Shown here: one piece after another, positions 1 to 13,303 of the stretch
Layout of the letters: each line of letters opens with the position of its first letter
Position numbering within the stretch: the stretch's first letter is position 1
Assembly (NCBI GenBank): GCA_951406725.2
Contig: OX597818.1
Coordinates: 138,322,001-138,386,000 of the forward strand
Source: Octopus vulgaris
Taxonomy: Eukaryota
Reading direction: 5' to 3'
Length of the DNA: 64,000 nt
Notes under the pieces: model-generated
What the model saw: only the letters and a program-made list of their open reading frames with translations
The model's database searches: none
Told to the model about the DNA's origin: nothing
Program-made: the position numbers and the translations under genes

Positions 1-67
1 CAAATACAGAGCAACAGTAACAACTGTTACAATACAATAACAATAATATTGGTTTCAAATTTTGGCA

Positions 68-226
68 GTTACATCGACCCCAGTGCGTAACTGGTACTTA
101 TTTTATCGATCCCGAAAGGATGAAAGGCAAAGTCCAACTCGGCGGAATTTGAACTCAGAACGTTGCGGCGGACGAAATACCGCTCAGTATTTTGCCCTGT
201 GGGCTAACGATTCTGCCAGCTTGCTC
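68..226 (-). mobile_element. tRNA-derived SINE, family B (partial)
   Basis: Reverse complement of the family B copy at 24107-24337 (ggcagaa..gttcaaattccgccgag..ttcatcctttcggg.tcgataaa). Confidence 0.85.
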
Positions 227-254
227 TCTTAATAATAATTGCTCTGGAAACCAC

Positions 255-915
255 GGCCTACAGAGAGCAAGGACATGGTATGAGCAAACTCCAGAGGGAG
301 CCACCGAAAATGAGAATCTCAAAATCCTATGAGATGTAATGATCCAGTGAGATGCAATGATCACCCGACCGGACAAAGGAAACTGGACATTGTTGTGGTG
401 AATAAAAAAGAAAGAACATGTATGGTAAGCGACATGACATCTTCCGGTGACAACAGGATCAATGTGAAAGAAGAGGAAAAAATAAACAGCTATGACGATT
501 TAAAGTGGGAAATGCGAAGGTTGTGGTCAATGAAGAGAGTAAACGTGATACCAATAGTTACAGATGCACTCGGAAGTATCAGCACTCAACTACCAGCATG
601 GCTGCAAAGATCGGTGCAAGTGTGAAGGTGCACCACCTACAAAAATCAGCATTGCATGGAGCTGCAAGTTGACGTGATACCAATAGTAACTGATGCACTT
701 GGAAGTATCAGCACTCAACTACCAACATGGCTAAAAAAGATCGGTGCAAGTATGAAGGTGCACCACCTACAAAAATCAGCATTGCATGGAGCTACAAGGT
801 TTCTTCGCAGGTTTCTTGAAACATGACCAGTAAAACAGACGTCATCTTAGTCTGCTGGTTGTGGACAGCTGACACTTTCCATCATACCCAGCAAAATAAG
901 CTGTGAGTTTTCATA
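255..915 (+). mobile_element. R4/Dong-like non-LTR retrotransposon 3' fragment (restriction-like endonuclease domain, degenerate)
   Basis: Translation gives LDIVVVNKKERTCMVSD..GDNRINVKEEEKINSYDDLKWEMRRLW..VIPIVTDALG..LQKSALHGATRFLRRFLET*, matching the R4-clade RLE C-terminus. Flanked by (TAA)n and (CAA)n(TAA)n. Confidence 0.8.
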
Positions 916-951
916 TAACAACAACAACAACAACAACAATAATAATAATAA

Positions 952-1055
952 GGAAGGCAAAGTCGACCTCGGTGGAATTTGAACTCAGAACGTAACAGCA
1001 GACGAAATACTGTTCAGCATTTCGCCCGGCGTGCTAACGATTCTGCCAGCTCGCC
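952..1055 (-). mobile_element. SINE family B, 5' part
   Basis: Reverse complement of ggcgagctggcagaatcgttagcacgccgggcgaaatg..gaggtcgactttgcc. Confidence 0.85.
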
Positions 1056-1118
1056 AACAACCTCATCGTTGCATATAACAAGAGCATAACTGAAACGACG
1101 CCACAACATTATATATAA

Positions 1119-1505
1119 CTAGCAGTATCGCCCGGCGTTGCTCGGGTTTGTAAGGAAAATAACTATATAAGCATTTTAGAAAGTTATAGCCAAAAAATAG
1201 CAAAAAAATGGAAACAAAAATGAGGGTAAATTTTTTTTAAATCGTTGACTCATCGTAGACATTTTTAGAGAGTTACTTCCCTTATATAATAGCGAAAAAA
1301 ATGCATTAAAATGGAAAAAATTGATGGTAAATTTTTTTTTAAATCGTAGACTCATCGTAGACGCGCGCTAATACCCAGAAGGGCTCGATATGAATCGCGA
1401 CTATAAGATACACGGTTTTGGTTAAACTGCACCGCAAAATGTGGGAGTAGTTGGGAATCTAAATCGTAGGAGACAGACACACAACCTTACTTTTATATAT
1501 AAAGA
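1119..1505 (-). mobile_element. Non-autonomous Helitron
   Basis: On the minus strand it starts A|TCTTTATATATAAAAG and ends with the hairpin cccgagcaacgccggg followed by CTAG|T. No TSD. Confidence 0.85.
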
Positions 1506-2301
1506 TAGCAACAGCAGCAACAACAGCAACAACAACAACAACAACAACAACAGCAATAACAACAACAAGTACAATAGCAAAACTAACAACAACAAAAACA
1601 TCTAAAAATAACTTTGCTTCAACAACAAAAACAATAACAACTGCTGCATTACACATATATATATATATATACAACAACAACAACAACAACTACAAAAATA
1701 TTCTCGACACCACCAACACCACCACCATCAACAACAACAATGATTTCTCCTCCGCCCCTCTTTTTTTACCGTTGCTTTCCCTTAATTGTTTGTTCACAGA
1801 CCGTAGCCAGTAGGCATTGCGCATGTCTTCCCATGGTGCAATTCACTGGAATTACCTCTGGTTACAGAATTTCTTACCAAATAGATTTTGGGTTCGTTAA
1901 CATACAACAACGATTCTTCATTGATGCAGAAATGGAGGGAAGGGGGGTAAAAGACGGTGGGGGGGGTCATACATACACACATACATACATAGACACACAC
2001 ACATAGACGCACACACATAGACACACACACATACATACAAACATACATACAAACATACAGACATCCACACACACGCATGGACATACATAGACACATACAT
2101 ATACATAGACATACAATCTCCTCCTTCTACACACACACACACATACACACTTCTAATCTCGCGTACTCATTCAGCTACAAATACACACACACACAACCAC
2201 ACACACACACACACACAACCACACACACACACACACAACCACACACACACACACATTTCATGCTCACACTCGCTCATGACAAAAGTAACAGCACAAGTCA
2301 C

Positions 2302-2337
<36 letters not shown>

Positions 2338-2819
2338 ACTCTCTCTCACTCTCACGCTCTCTCATGCGCGAACGCGCTCATTCACACACTCTCTCTCTCT
2401 CTTCTACCTCTCCCTCTTCCTCTCTCTCTTCTTCTCTCTCACTCTCTCACTTATACTCTCTTTTTCCTCAAAAGCATACACTCTTGCTCTTACAGATATC
2501 CACATTCGCCATCCCTTTTTCACGGTTTCCATCTCTGTGTCCCTCTGTCTCTCTCTCTCTTTCTCTCTCTCACCCTCTCTCTTTCACACACACATACACA
2601 CAGGCAAATACGTATACATAGTCCTTCTCACACACAAACACTTTCTCTCGCATACACTCTCACTTAGTCCACTCTCACTCACTCACACACTCTCTCTCCC
2701 TCAAACACGTACACATGCATACATATACACCTCCCCTACACGCACACTCTCTATTTCACTTCCAAATCCCATTACTCCAACACTGCAACCACTAGCACCA
2801 TCACCACCACCACCACCAC

Positions 2820-3008
2820 CACTTGTTTCAGTTATTTGACTGCGGCCATGCTGGAGCACCGCCTTTAGTCGAACAAATCAACCCCAGCACTTACTCTTTT
2901 GTAAGCCTAGTACTTATTCTATCGGCCTCTATCGCCGAACCGTTAAGTTACGGTGACGTAAACACGCCAGCATCGGTTGTCAAGTAATGTTACGGGAGGA
3001 CAAACATA

Positions 3009-3082
<74 letters not shown>

Positions 3083-3268
3083 TAAGAAAGTTATATATAT
3101 ATATATAAAAATATACGACAGGCTTCTTTCAGTTTCCGTCTACCAAATCCACTCACAAGGCTTTGGTCGGCCCGAGGCTATAGTAGAAGACACTTGCCCA
3201 AGGTGCAACGCAGTCGGACTGAACCAGGAACCATGTGGCTGGTAAACAAGCTACCTACCACACGGCCA
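2820..3268 (-). mobile_element. tRNA-derived SINE, family C (internal microsatellite)
   Basis: Matches the family C copy at 46759-47189. Directly followed by a partial family B SINE (about 3269-3365, +). Confidence 0.85.
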
Positions 3269-3727
3269 CTGAGTTCAAATTCCGCCGAGGTCAACTTTGC
3301 CTTCGGGGTCGATAAAATAAGTGCCAGTTGAGTACTGGGGTCGATGTAATCGACTGTGCCCTTTCCCAAAATTTCGTGCCTTATGTTAGGAAGGAATCAT
3401 TAGTAACTAGAAATCCTAAGAATAAGGCCGTCTTTATTCATTAGTCACCTGCTGTCCCGTGAATAAGGCATTCTTTCAATCATTAATAACCTAGAAGTTC
3501 TGTGAATAGGTCATTAGTAACAATAAGATAAGAGTAAAAGAACACACACACACACACTCACACATACGTACACCAACACATACGCAATAACACGCATACG
3601 CAGAAACACACACATTCATACACACACACACATACACACGCACGCATACATATTTCTTTTATATCCGTATAAAGTTAAAAATCTCCTGTCCATTTACCAC
3701 CCATAAAGATATGTATGCATGTCTGCT

Positions 3728-4310
3728 TGTATGTATGTATGTATGTATGTATGTATGTATGTATGTATGTATGTATGTATGTATGTATGTATGTATGTAT
3801 GTATGTATGTATGTATGTATGTATGTATGTATGTATATACGCATCCATGTATGTATGTATGTATGTATGTATGTATGTATGTATGTATGTATGTATGTAT
3901 GTATGTATTTATTGTGTGTATGTATGTATGTATGTATGTATGTATGTATGTATGTATGTATGTATGTATGTATGTATGTATGTATGTATGTATGTATGTA
4001 TGTATGTATGTATGTATGTATGTATGTATGTATGTATGTATGTATGTATGTATGTATGTATGTATGTATGTATGTATGTATGTATGTATGTATGTATGTA
4101 TGTATGTATGTATGTGTGTATGTATGTATGTATGTATGTATGTGTATGTATGTATGTATGTATGTATGTGTGTATGTATGTATGTATGTATGTATGTGTA
4201 TGTATGTATGTATGTATGTATGTATGTATGTATGTATGTATGTATGTATGTATGTATGTATGTATGTATGTATGTATGTATGTATGTATGTATGTATGTA
4301 TGTATGTATG

Positions 4311-4343
<33 letters not shown>

Positions 4344-4458
4344 GTGTATGTATGTATGTATGTATTTATGTATGTATGTATGTATGTATGTATGTATGTG
4401 TGTATGTATCTATGTATGTATTTATGTATGTATGTATGTATGTATGTATGTATGTATG

Positions 4459-4492
<34 letters not shown>

Positions 4493-4520
4493 TATATGTA
4501 TCTACGTATGTATGTATGCA
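3728..4520. repeat. About 800-bp (ATGT)n microsatellite
   Basis: Read directly; it accounts for the YVCM-repeat ORFs. Confidence 0.97.
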
Positions 4521-4650
4521 TGTTGGTACGTATGTTTGTCTGTACATATATATGCATGTATGTATGCCATCATGAATTCGTGTAGGTACTACGTATGCAT
4601 GGATGGCTCTCTCTGTGCATGTCTCTATGTCTGTGCTTTTCTATAATTGA

Positions 4651-4705
<55 letters not shown>

Positions 4706-5054
4706 TATTCTTTAAAGGAATTCCGTGTTTTGGAAATACGAGTAACTCAAATCCAGCAGCTTTACCATTCGGCCATCCGTTTTCTCAACTTACAAATCGT
4801 CCAATATAATTGTCATAACACTACTAAAACCCCTGCCCACATAATATAAACAAGATTTTCCCATAAATAAAAGAACAGATTATTTGGTAAAACATCAAAT
4901 AGTTCTTCGAAAGATAGTCTAAGCTGTTCGAATTCAGACCTACGTGTACACATTCTTCTTCAGAAGCTGTCTCCAACTATTCATAACTTATCTCGTCTTT
5001 GTCCATATTTGGAATGTTGCTTCCTGTTTGTATTTGAAAGCTTCACGAAAGTTG

Positions 5055-5437
5055 TGGAAGCACTCCGTCGGTTACGACGACGAGGGTTCCGGTTGATCCG
5101 ATCAACGGAACAGCCTGCTCGTGAAATTAACGTGTACGTGGCTGAGCACTCCACAGACACGTGTACCCTTAACGCAGTTCTCGGGGATATTCAGCGTGAC
5201 ACAGAGAGCGACAAGGCCGGCCCTTTGAAATACAGGTACAACAGAAACAGGAAGAAAGAGTGAGGGAAAGTTGTGGTGAAAGAGTACAGCAGGGATCACC
5301 ACCACCCCCTGCCGGAGGCTCGTGGAGCTTTAGGTGTTTTCGCTCAAAAAACACTCACAACGCTCGGTCTGGGAATCGAAACCGCGATCCTATGACCGCG
5401 AGTCCGCTGCCCTAACCACTGGGCCATTGCGCTTCCA
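5055..5437 (-). mobile_element. tRNA-derived SINE, family A, full length
   Basis: Pol III A-box (tggcccagtggttagg) and B-box (ggtttcgattccc) on the minus strand. Flanking direct repeat cacgaaagttgt (5044-5055 and 5436-5447). Confidence 0.9.
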
Positions 5438-5469
5438 CGAAAGTTGTAGAACATGTTTAACAATGGACG

Positions 5470-5778
5470 AAGGCTTTGTTGTGTGATAAGATGTCTACTT
5501 CTCAACCAAATGGTTCCGGGTTCAGTCCCACGGCGTGCGAGGCATTTTAGGCGAGTGCTTTATACTGTAACCTCGGGCAGACCAAAACACTTGTGTGGGG
5601 GTTTAGTAGAGGGAAACTGAAAGCCCGACTGTGTGGTAAGAAGCTTGTTTCCCCACCATATAGTTTTGGGTTCAGTCCTACTGCGTGATACATTGGGCAA
5701 GTGTCTTCTACTTAGCCTCGGGCCGACTATGGCGTTGTGAGTGGATTTGGTAGACGGAAACTGAAAGAGCCCGTCTTA
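5470..5778 (+). mobile_element. Two tandem 5' fragments of SINE family C
   Basis: gggttcagtcc..tagacggaaactgaaag-like segment occurs twice. Confidence 0.7.
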
Positions 5779-5860
5779 TATATATATATATATATATGAA
5801 GGAATGGAGTTGAACGACGAATTAACAAAATTCCTTTATTTTCGACATATGTTTCGAAGG

Positions 5861-5912
<52 letters not shown>

Positions 5913-5914
5913 AG

Positions 5915-6215
5915 AAGTGAAATATCGAGGTTTTGCGGGGCATTCATTCTGCAAAGCTCTGACCCGGGATTGGAGTTACTAGTGCAGCAAAGAGGACGGT
6001 ATAAATTCCATCACTAAAGCTGCGGAGAAGGCTACTCAGTGGCTTTGGATAAAGAGGGCAGACCAGTGGTTTGCGGCTATTGGAATGCATGTTGGGACTT
6101 GATCAAACCCGGTTGGGTTAACTGGGAGTCTGATGTTGAAAGACCCAACACCCACTAAAATCCCAGAAAGATCACTGACGATGCATCCCAGAACATCTGT
6201 GAGATGTATCTTGAA
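5915..6215 (+). mobile_element. Hero-clade (R2 group) non-LTR retrotransposon 3' end, degenerate
   Basis: Translation EVKYRGFAGHSFCKAL..SITKAAEKATQWLWIKRADQW resembles the Hero RLE C-terminus (EVGCRGF..AAE.ASRWLW.KR). It is followed by a putative 3' UTR. Recognised from memory, not by search. Confidence 0.7.
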
Positions 6216-6242
6216 GCTAAAACTAAACTATAATTATATTTA

Positions 6243-6636
6243 CTCTTACTTGTTTCAGTCATTTGACTGCGGCCATGCTGGAGCACCGACTTTAGTCGAG
6301 CAAATCGAACCCAGGACTTATTCTTTGTAAGCTTAGTACTTATTCTATCGGTCTCTTTTGTCGAACCGCTAAGTGACGGGGACCTAAATACACCAGCATC
6401 GGTTGTCAAGCAATGCTAGGGGGACAAACACAGACACACAAACACACATACATACATATATATACATATATACGACTGGCTTCTTTCAGTTTCCGTCTAC
6501 CAAATCCACTCACAAGGCATTGGTCGGCCCGGGGCTATAGCAGAAGACACTTGCCCAAGATGCCACGCAGTAGGACTGAACCCGGAACCATGTGGCTGGT
6601 AAGCAAGCTACTTACCACACAGCCACTCCTGCGCCT
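6243..6636 (-). mobile_element. SINE family C, full length
   Basis: Near-identical reverse complement of 46759-47189. Confidence 0.9.
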
Positions 6637-6841
6637 GTTTAATAAAAATATAAGATAAAAGAACGGTCTCTTTAAGACACTTATAAACATCACGCTCACT
6701 TATAGCAAAGGCAGTCACATTAACGAGCAATTTAGTCAGGCTATGGGCATGACAAAACTTAAATTTGCGCTTTTTTACCATCACTTGTTGCCTGTTTATC
6801 TTAGTTTTACAATTTAATTGTTTAAATCATTATATAAAAAA

Positions 6842-6993
6842 CTAGCAGTATCGCCCGGCGTTGCTCGGGTTTGTAAGGGAAATAACTATATAAGCATTTT
6901 TAGAGAGTTATAGCCAAAAAATAGCAAAAAAATGCATTAAAAATGGAATAAAAAATGATGGTAATTTTTTTAAATCGTTGACTTATCGTAGAC
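6842..6993 (-). mobile_element. Non-autonomous Helitron 3' fragment
   Basis: Same hairpin+CTAG|T terminus and adjacent sequence as 1119-1265. Confidence 0.8.
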
Positions 6994-7190
6994 AGGTTGA
7001 GGTTTCGATTCTTGGACCTTGCAACGTGTTGTGTTCTTGAGCAAAACACTTCATTTCACGTTGCTCCACTCCACTCCACGAGCAAAAATGAGTAATCCTG
7101 CGACGGACATGCGTCCTGTCCAGGTGGGGAATATAAACGCTATGAAACCAGGAAACCTGCTCTTATAAGTCGACATGAGTCGGGAAGGTA
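6994..7190 (+). mobile_element. tRNA-derived SINE with V-domain-like segment (family D), diverged
   Basis: B-box ggtttcgattc, then cctgcgacggacatgcgtcctgtccagg (V-SINE-like). Related to 24645-24891. Confidence 0.6.
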
Positions 7191-7544
7191 GCTTTTTAGC
7201 TTAATTCTATATAGGACGAACATCTGACATGATCAGCCAACAGCTTGGAGCCGGGTGGATCATGGCATAATAAATAAGTTAACTTGAATGTTTCCAAGAT
7301 TTCGTTAGTAATGACATTGCAAAAGACATGGAATGAAACTCAGATAATCTCGTTTCTTCTTTTGTAAACCATCTTTGGAGTGAAGTTTATAAAATAAAAA
7401 AACAAAAACAATCACACACATTTATACAGACATACATATATGGATGTATGCATATGTGCGTGTGTGTGACAATGTATTTGGCTATATGTATATGTTGACA
7501 TACACACATGCATACATACATACGTATATTCTTTTATTCTTTTA

Positions 7545-7744
7545 TTTGTTTCAGTAATTTGACTGCGGCTATGCTGGAGCACCGCCTTTATCGAACAAAT
7601 CGACCCCCAGGACTTATTCTTTCTAAGCCTAGCAATTATTCCATCGGTTTTTGTTTTTTTCCGAACCACTATATTACGGGGAGGTAAACACACCAGCATC
7701 GGCTGTCAAGCGAAAGTGGGGGGGGGGGACAAATAAAGACTCAC

Positions 7745-7784
<40 letters not shown>

Positions 7785-7785
7785 G

Positions 7786-7816
<31 letters not shown>

Positions 7817-7990
7817 ACATACATATACGACGGCCTTCTTTCAGTTTCCGTCTACCAAATCCACTCACAAGGATTTGGTTGGCCCGGGGCTATAGTAGAA
7901 GCCACTCCCCAAAAGTGCCACGCAGTGAGATTGAACCCACAACCATGTGGTTAGTAAGCAAGCTACTTACCACACACCCATTTCTGTGCT
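7545..7990 (-). mobile_element. SINE family C
   Basis: Similarity to the other family C copies. Confidence 0.85.
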
Positions 7991-7991
7991 T

Positions 7992-8033
<42 letters not shown>

Positions 8034-8169
8034 CATTTATAAATTTGTGTGTGTGTATATGTACGTATGTATGTATGTATGTATGTATGTATGTATGTAT
8101 GTATGTATGTATGTATGTATGTATGTATGTATGTATGTGTGTATGTATGTATGTATGTATGTAGTCGAC

Positions 8170-8605
8170 ATACATACTCTTAAGAGTTCCTCCGTCAAAG
8201 GGCGGAGGAACTCTTGAGAGTCAACGGCAATCCAATAAATGTCTTAAGGCTGTATCATGCGCGGGGTCATAGAAATAATCGGACTGAATACCCGATCGCG
8301 CAGTTAAACCATTGGGAGTGAAGGACTCCTAGCCTTTGTTAGGGCATTCTTCTAGGAGAAGATAACTCAGGTAACTGGGATAACTCCGACATAAAACCTG
8401 CGGCTCAGTGGTTACCGATGATGTTGACTTGTTCTTCTTTTCGGATTATGGCTGCTGTTGCTTAGTGAGTGAGATTGACTCAGTGCACAGCCTTTCCTCA
8501 CTTAAAAAAATCTTCTTGCACAGGCATTGCACGATAACAACATTGATTAAGCTTCGTGCAATGGCCATACTCGATAACGAGGGGACAGCCACCATGTATG
8601 TAGTG
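8170..8605. other. Unclassified complex-sequence insert starting with a 19-bp-arm hairpin
   Basis: actcttaagagttcctccg (8176-8194) pairs with cggaggaactcttgagagt (8203-8221). The insert lies between ATGT-type sequences. Confidence 0.4.
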
Positions 8606-8962
8606 TATGTATATTGAAAACAAGAACCCTAAAGTTACGACAGAAGAAACTTCAGTCTATAATAAAATATAAAAATTCCATTTAAGGAATTTAGTGGGGT
8701 TTTTTCTTCCTTTACAACACAAACGCCCTCCCTTCTATATATACAAAATATACACACACACATACTTATACACGCAAATAGATAGTTAGATAGATAGACA
8801 GATACAAAAATTTCACATATATATATATATATACTCACACACACACACACACACACACACAACGAAGGAGACAGAATGATTGATGGATAAACAACCGATA
8901 GTTATAGATAAAATACAGCACAGACAGATATGAAGATAAACAAGCAGACACGCCTGTATGTG

Positions 8963-9008
<46 letters not shown>

Positions 9009-9841
9009 ATGCGTGTGTGTAGGTGAAGACAGAAACGGAGATAAATATGGCGAATTATTAGTAAAAATTGGACAAAAAGACAAAGAAAAAGTTGATTGTT
9101 TAGTGGATTATTTTAGGGCGAAAAAACGCAGAAAAGAACAAATAAAACTAAAATGGGAGAGAAAGATTTTAAATGTATAACGACGAGATATGGAGAGAGA
9201 GAGAGAGGGAGAGAGATAGAGAGAGAGTAGCTGGAGAGAGTTAAAGTGTAGTTGGGGCAATAATGTTGTGTGTGTGTGTAGTGTTGGGTGGTCATTTGGA
9301 TAGTGAGAAACATTAGGAGAGGAAACCAATTCTTTAACTAGGGGCCAAAAAGTTTTGTGCTTGCTGCTGTCGGTGATATTGAGAGCACTTAACCACTTAC
9401 AGCCAATTTCATAGTTTCTTCCCCCTGCAGTCTCCCGTCCATTCAGCGACCCCAGCACCACCACCACCACTACCACAACAGCAGCAACAACAACAACCAT
9501 TTCTACCAACACCGTCACTAATATCCTCATCGCCACAACCACCTCCAGTACTATGATCATCCTGTCGCCTCCTCAAACAAAGTACAACGCGCTTCACCGC
9601 CAACACTATCATCAACAGAGAGTTAATTGCCAGCGCTAACTTAGCCGTTGCCATCGCAACCAACACCGCCGCCACTTACAGTATTCGTCCCTCAACATCA
9701 CCGCCATCTTTGTCACTACCAACATGCTATTAATCGCTATCATCAACAACACAACCAGTGTCAAACATTATGTCAACCATTTCTTAACCATTATCACGTT
9801 TGCTTTATCTATTTGTATATCTTGTCACATTTATAAATCTC

Positions 9842-9898
<57 letters not shown>

Positions 9899-10186
9899 GC
9901 TTGCCTTAGCTTCGTTACTATGCCATCAGTCCGGATACTTACTGATCAGACCGGGTATGTATGTAATACACACACACACACACAAACACACACACATATA
10001 TATATACACACATACATACATACAATTTACGAGACTATTATTCATTACGATCGTTTCGACCCATCATGCCTCGGTGCCTTGCAGGTGTGATGCTTTACAA
10101 ACGGCATACTACAAGGTGTATACCCAAATTTAAAATTGCATGCTTACATACGAATATATACATACATACATACATACATACATACA

Positions 10187-10261
<75 letters not shown>

Positions 10262-10267
<6 letters not shown>

Positions 10268-10429
10268 TTTATTTAAAGCAGCAGAAAATTCAACAAAATC
10301 TGTTACTCTGAGTTTCTTGTTGCCGTTCATCAGACAGTTTTTGCTAGCAAAAACTGTCTGATGAACGGCAACGAGAAACTCAGAGTAACAGATTTTGTTG
10401 AATTTTCTGTTGCTTTAAATAAAGCATAT
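10262..10429. repeat. Spacerless palindrome (about 84-bp arms) carrying twin hammerhead motifs
   Basis: Arms are reverse complements around gctagc (10343-10348) with about 3 mismatches. Abuts (TA)n. Confidence 0.9.
10354..10391 (+). ncRNA. Minimal type-I hammerhead ribozyme motif (mirror copy at about 10300-10337, -)
   Basis: ctgt-CTGATGA-acggcaacga-GAAA-ctcagaG-TA-acag. Stem I is ctgt/acag and stem III is the quasi-palindromic ctc-a-gag. Stem II pairs poorly. Confidence 0.6.
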
Positions 10430-10704
10430 TACTCTACCACTGGTATGTGAGCACTCTTTTTTCCACCTTGTTTCACATTTATGTGTTTACTCCGGTATAT
10501 ATATATATATTATATAATTGTAGCGAATGATAAATAAATGATCAATCGTACTCCTTCCTGACTCAAGTTTCTTCAGTTTTATATTCACACACGACGAATG
10601 CCCAAATTTAAACTTGGAATCATATAATAAAACTACCTATAGTACTGGGTACTTCTAAAGGTGGACGAACTTTACAATGTACTCTACCATGTTTCTAAGG
10701 GAAT

Positions 10705-10760
<56 letters not shown>

Positions 10761-10906
10761 GTTGGGCTTCTTTCAGTTTCCGTCTACCACATCCATCCAC
10801 AAGACTTTGATAAGCCCGTGGATATAGTAGAAGACACTTGCCAAAGGTGCTACGCAGTGGGACTGAACCCGGAACAATGTGGTTGGTGGGCAAGCTACTT
10901 ACCACG

Positions 10907-10969
<63 letters not shown>

Positions 10970-11102
10970 GCTTTTGCTATGAGGATTCAAGGAATATCAA
11001 CGCAGAAATGGCTAGGTAAAATATATTGATCTTGAAGTCATTAAGTTTTTGTAGGATACCATAGAAATACAAGTACCAAATCTTTATGTGTGTGTTTCTG
11101 TA

Positions 11103-11224
<122 letters not shown>

Positions 11225-11302
11225 TATTTATCTGTTTATTTCTTTAACTTTGTAATGAACGATCACTCATATTTATTTGCCCCTGATATCTATTTATCTG
11301 TC

Positions 11303-11381
<79 letters not shown>

Positions 11382-11766
11382 ATGTCTGTATGTATATCCA
11401 TGCATCTACTAATCTGTTTGTATGTCTATCTGTTTATCTATCTATCTCTCGTTTGTCTTTCTATACATCTGTCTATCACTGATACCAATTTGTATTTTAC
11501 ATACATCTATCAATCAACCAATAAATTAGTCAATCAGTCAATCAATCAATCAAGCATTCAATCAATCAATCAATCCGTGTGTCTCGCTATCAATTCTCAT
11601 GCCCTTTTATCTATCTGTACATACATCTATCCAACCAGTAGCCATCCATCCATCTTTCTACTTGGTAATCTGTCTATCAATCCCTCTATCTATCTAGCTG
11701 CCTGTCTATCTCTTATTCTGTCCATCTAATTATCTATCTGTTTGTCTGCACGTTTCTGTCTGACTG

Positions 11767-11814
<48 letters not shown>

Positions 11815-12434
11815 CCCTCTCTCTCTCTTTCCCCCCCCTCTCTCTCTCTCTCTCTTTCCCGCTCTCTCTCTCTCTCAAATTTTGTCCTTTACTCTTAATA
11901 GTGCCATCCCTGTGGCTTGTCTATATTTTCGGTTTGGCGTATTTCTGAAGTGACTATGCTGTATTTGTTAGAAGAGATAACAATAAAGGGAGAGGGGTGG
12001 AGAGACGGAGATAAAAATTGTGAGAGACTTATATGGTGGTGTGAAGAAGAGCGAAAGAATACAAGATATACAGATAGATGGATATATGAATGCCTATATA
12101 TGTATACGAGCACCAACAATTCGATTTCTTCGAAAGTCCGATAGATCTGTCATTTTAATGAATTTTAAATACCTTTTTCTGGTGATATCTGAAAATAAAC
12201 AGCAATTTTAGCAAAACCTATTGAGCAACATTAATGATAAATCATAAAACATAAAAATAAACAAGGTTGTGACGGTTTTATAGATATTTCAAAATTATGA
12301 TGCTAAGTGTTTCCATTATTTTGTCCAACCCCTGTGTATATATGTGTGTGTGTGAGCGCGCGCGCGTGTGTGTGAGCGCGCGCGCGTGTGTGTAATGAAG
12401 GAATAAAAGAATATACATATTCTTTTATTTTCTT

Positions 12435-12800
12435 ATTTGTTTCAATCATTTGACTGCGGCCATGCTGGAGCACCACCTTTAGTCGGGCAAATCGACCCTA
12501 GGACTTATTCTTTGTAAGCCTAGTACTTATTCTATCGGTCTCTTTTTGCCGAACCGCTAAGTTAAGGAGACGTAAACACACCAGCATCGGTTGTCAAGCA
12601 ATGCTAGGGGGACAAACACAGACACACAAATACACACATTTACGACGGGCTTCTTTCAGTTCCCATCTACCAAATCCACTCACAAGACTTTGGACGGACT
12701 GATGCTATAGCAGAAGACACTTGCCCAAGGTGCCACACAAGGAATCCGAAATCATGTGGTTGGTAAGCAAGCTACTTACCACACAGCTACTCCTGTGCCT
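12435..12800 (-). mobile_element. SINE family C
   Basis: Similarity to the other family C copies. Confidence 0.85.
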
Positions 12801-12850
12801 ATATATATACACCTCCTAATATAATAATGAGCGAAGTGCTTTTATATATT

Positions 12851-12897
<47 letters not shown>

Positions 12898-13303
12898 CCA
12901 GAATCACGCCGGACGCGGAGGAGGAAAGAAAATAGTAATTCAGTGAAGGAGAAGTAGTGAGAGTAATTGCCCTGACTGAAATGGAGTGAGAGAAAGTAAT
13001 AGCAATGAGAGAAAGGAGGGGTGGTAGGTGAATAGGGAAGGAATGGGTGAAAAACTTAACGTTTCAGCTCTGTGTAAGTATATGTGTGTATGTGTATGCG
13101 TGTACAAGGGAAGTATGTGAATGTTTGTATGTGTGATTATTATGTACCCCTTATTTTGTACCTTATTTATATATGAAATACTATTAACCGTCATTATTGA
13201 CGGAACATTGTCAGTTAGTATATATATATATATATGTAGGTCCCGGGTTGAGTCGGGGTTAACCACAGTAAATAAGGTACTCAATACATAGCAGAGTAAA
13301 TTA

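Noticed and set aside
3711-4646. Long ORFs of YVCM repeats, and all similar YI/HT/CV/LS ORFs
   Set aside because: These are translations of stop-free microsatellites.
12300-12337. Tc1-like TIR (ttttgtccaacccctg)
   Set aside because: I found no partner TIR or transposase, so it is too weak to call.
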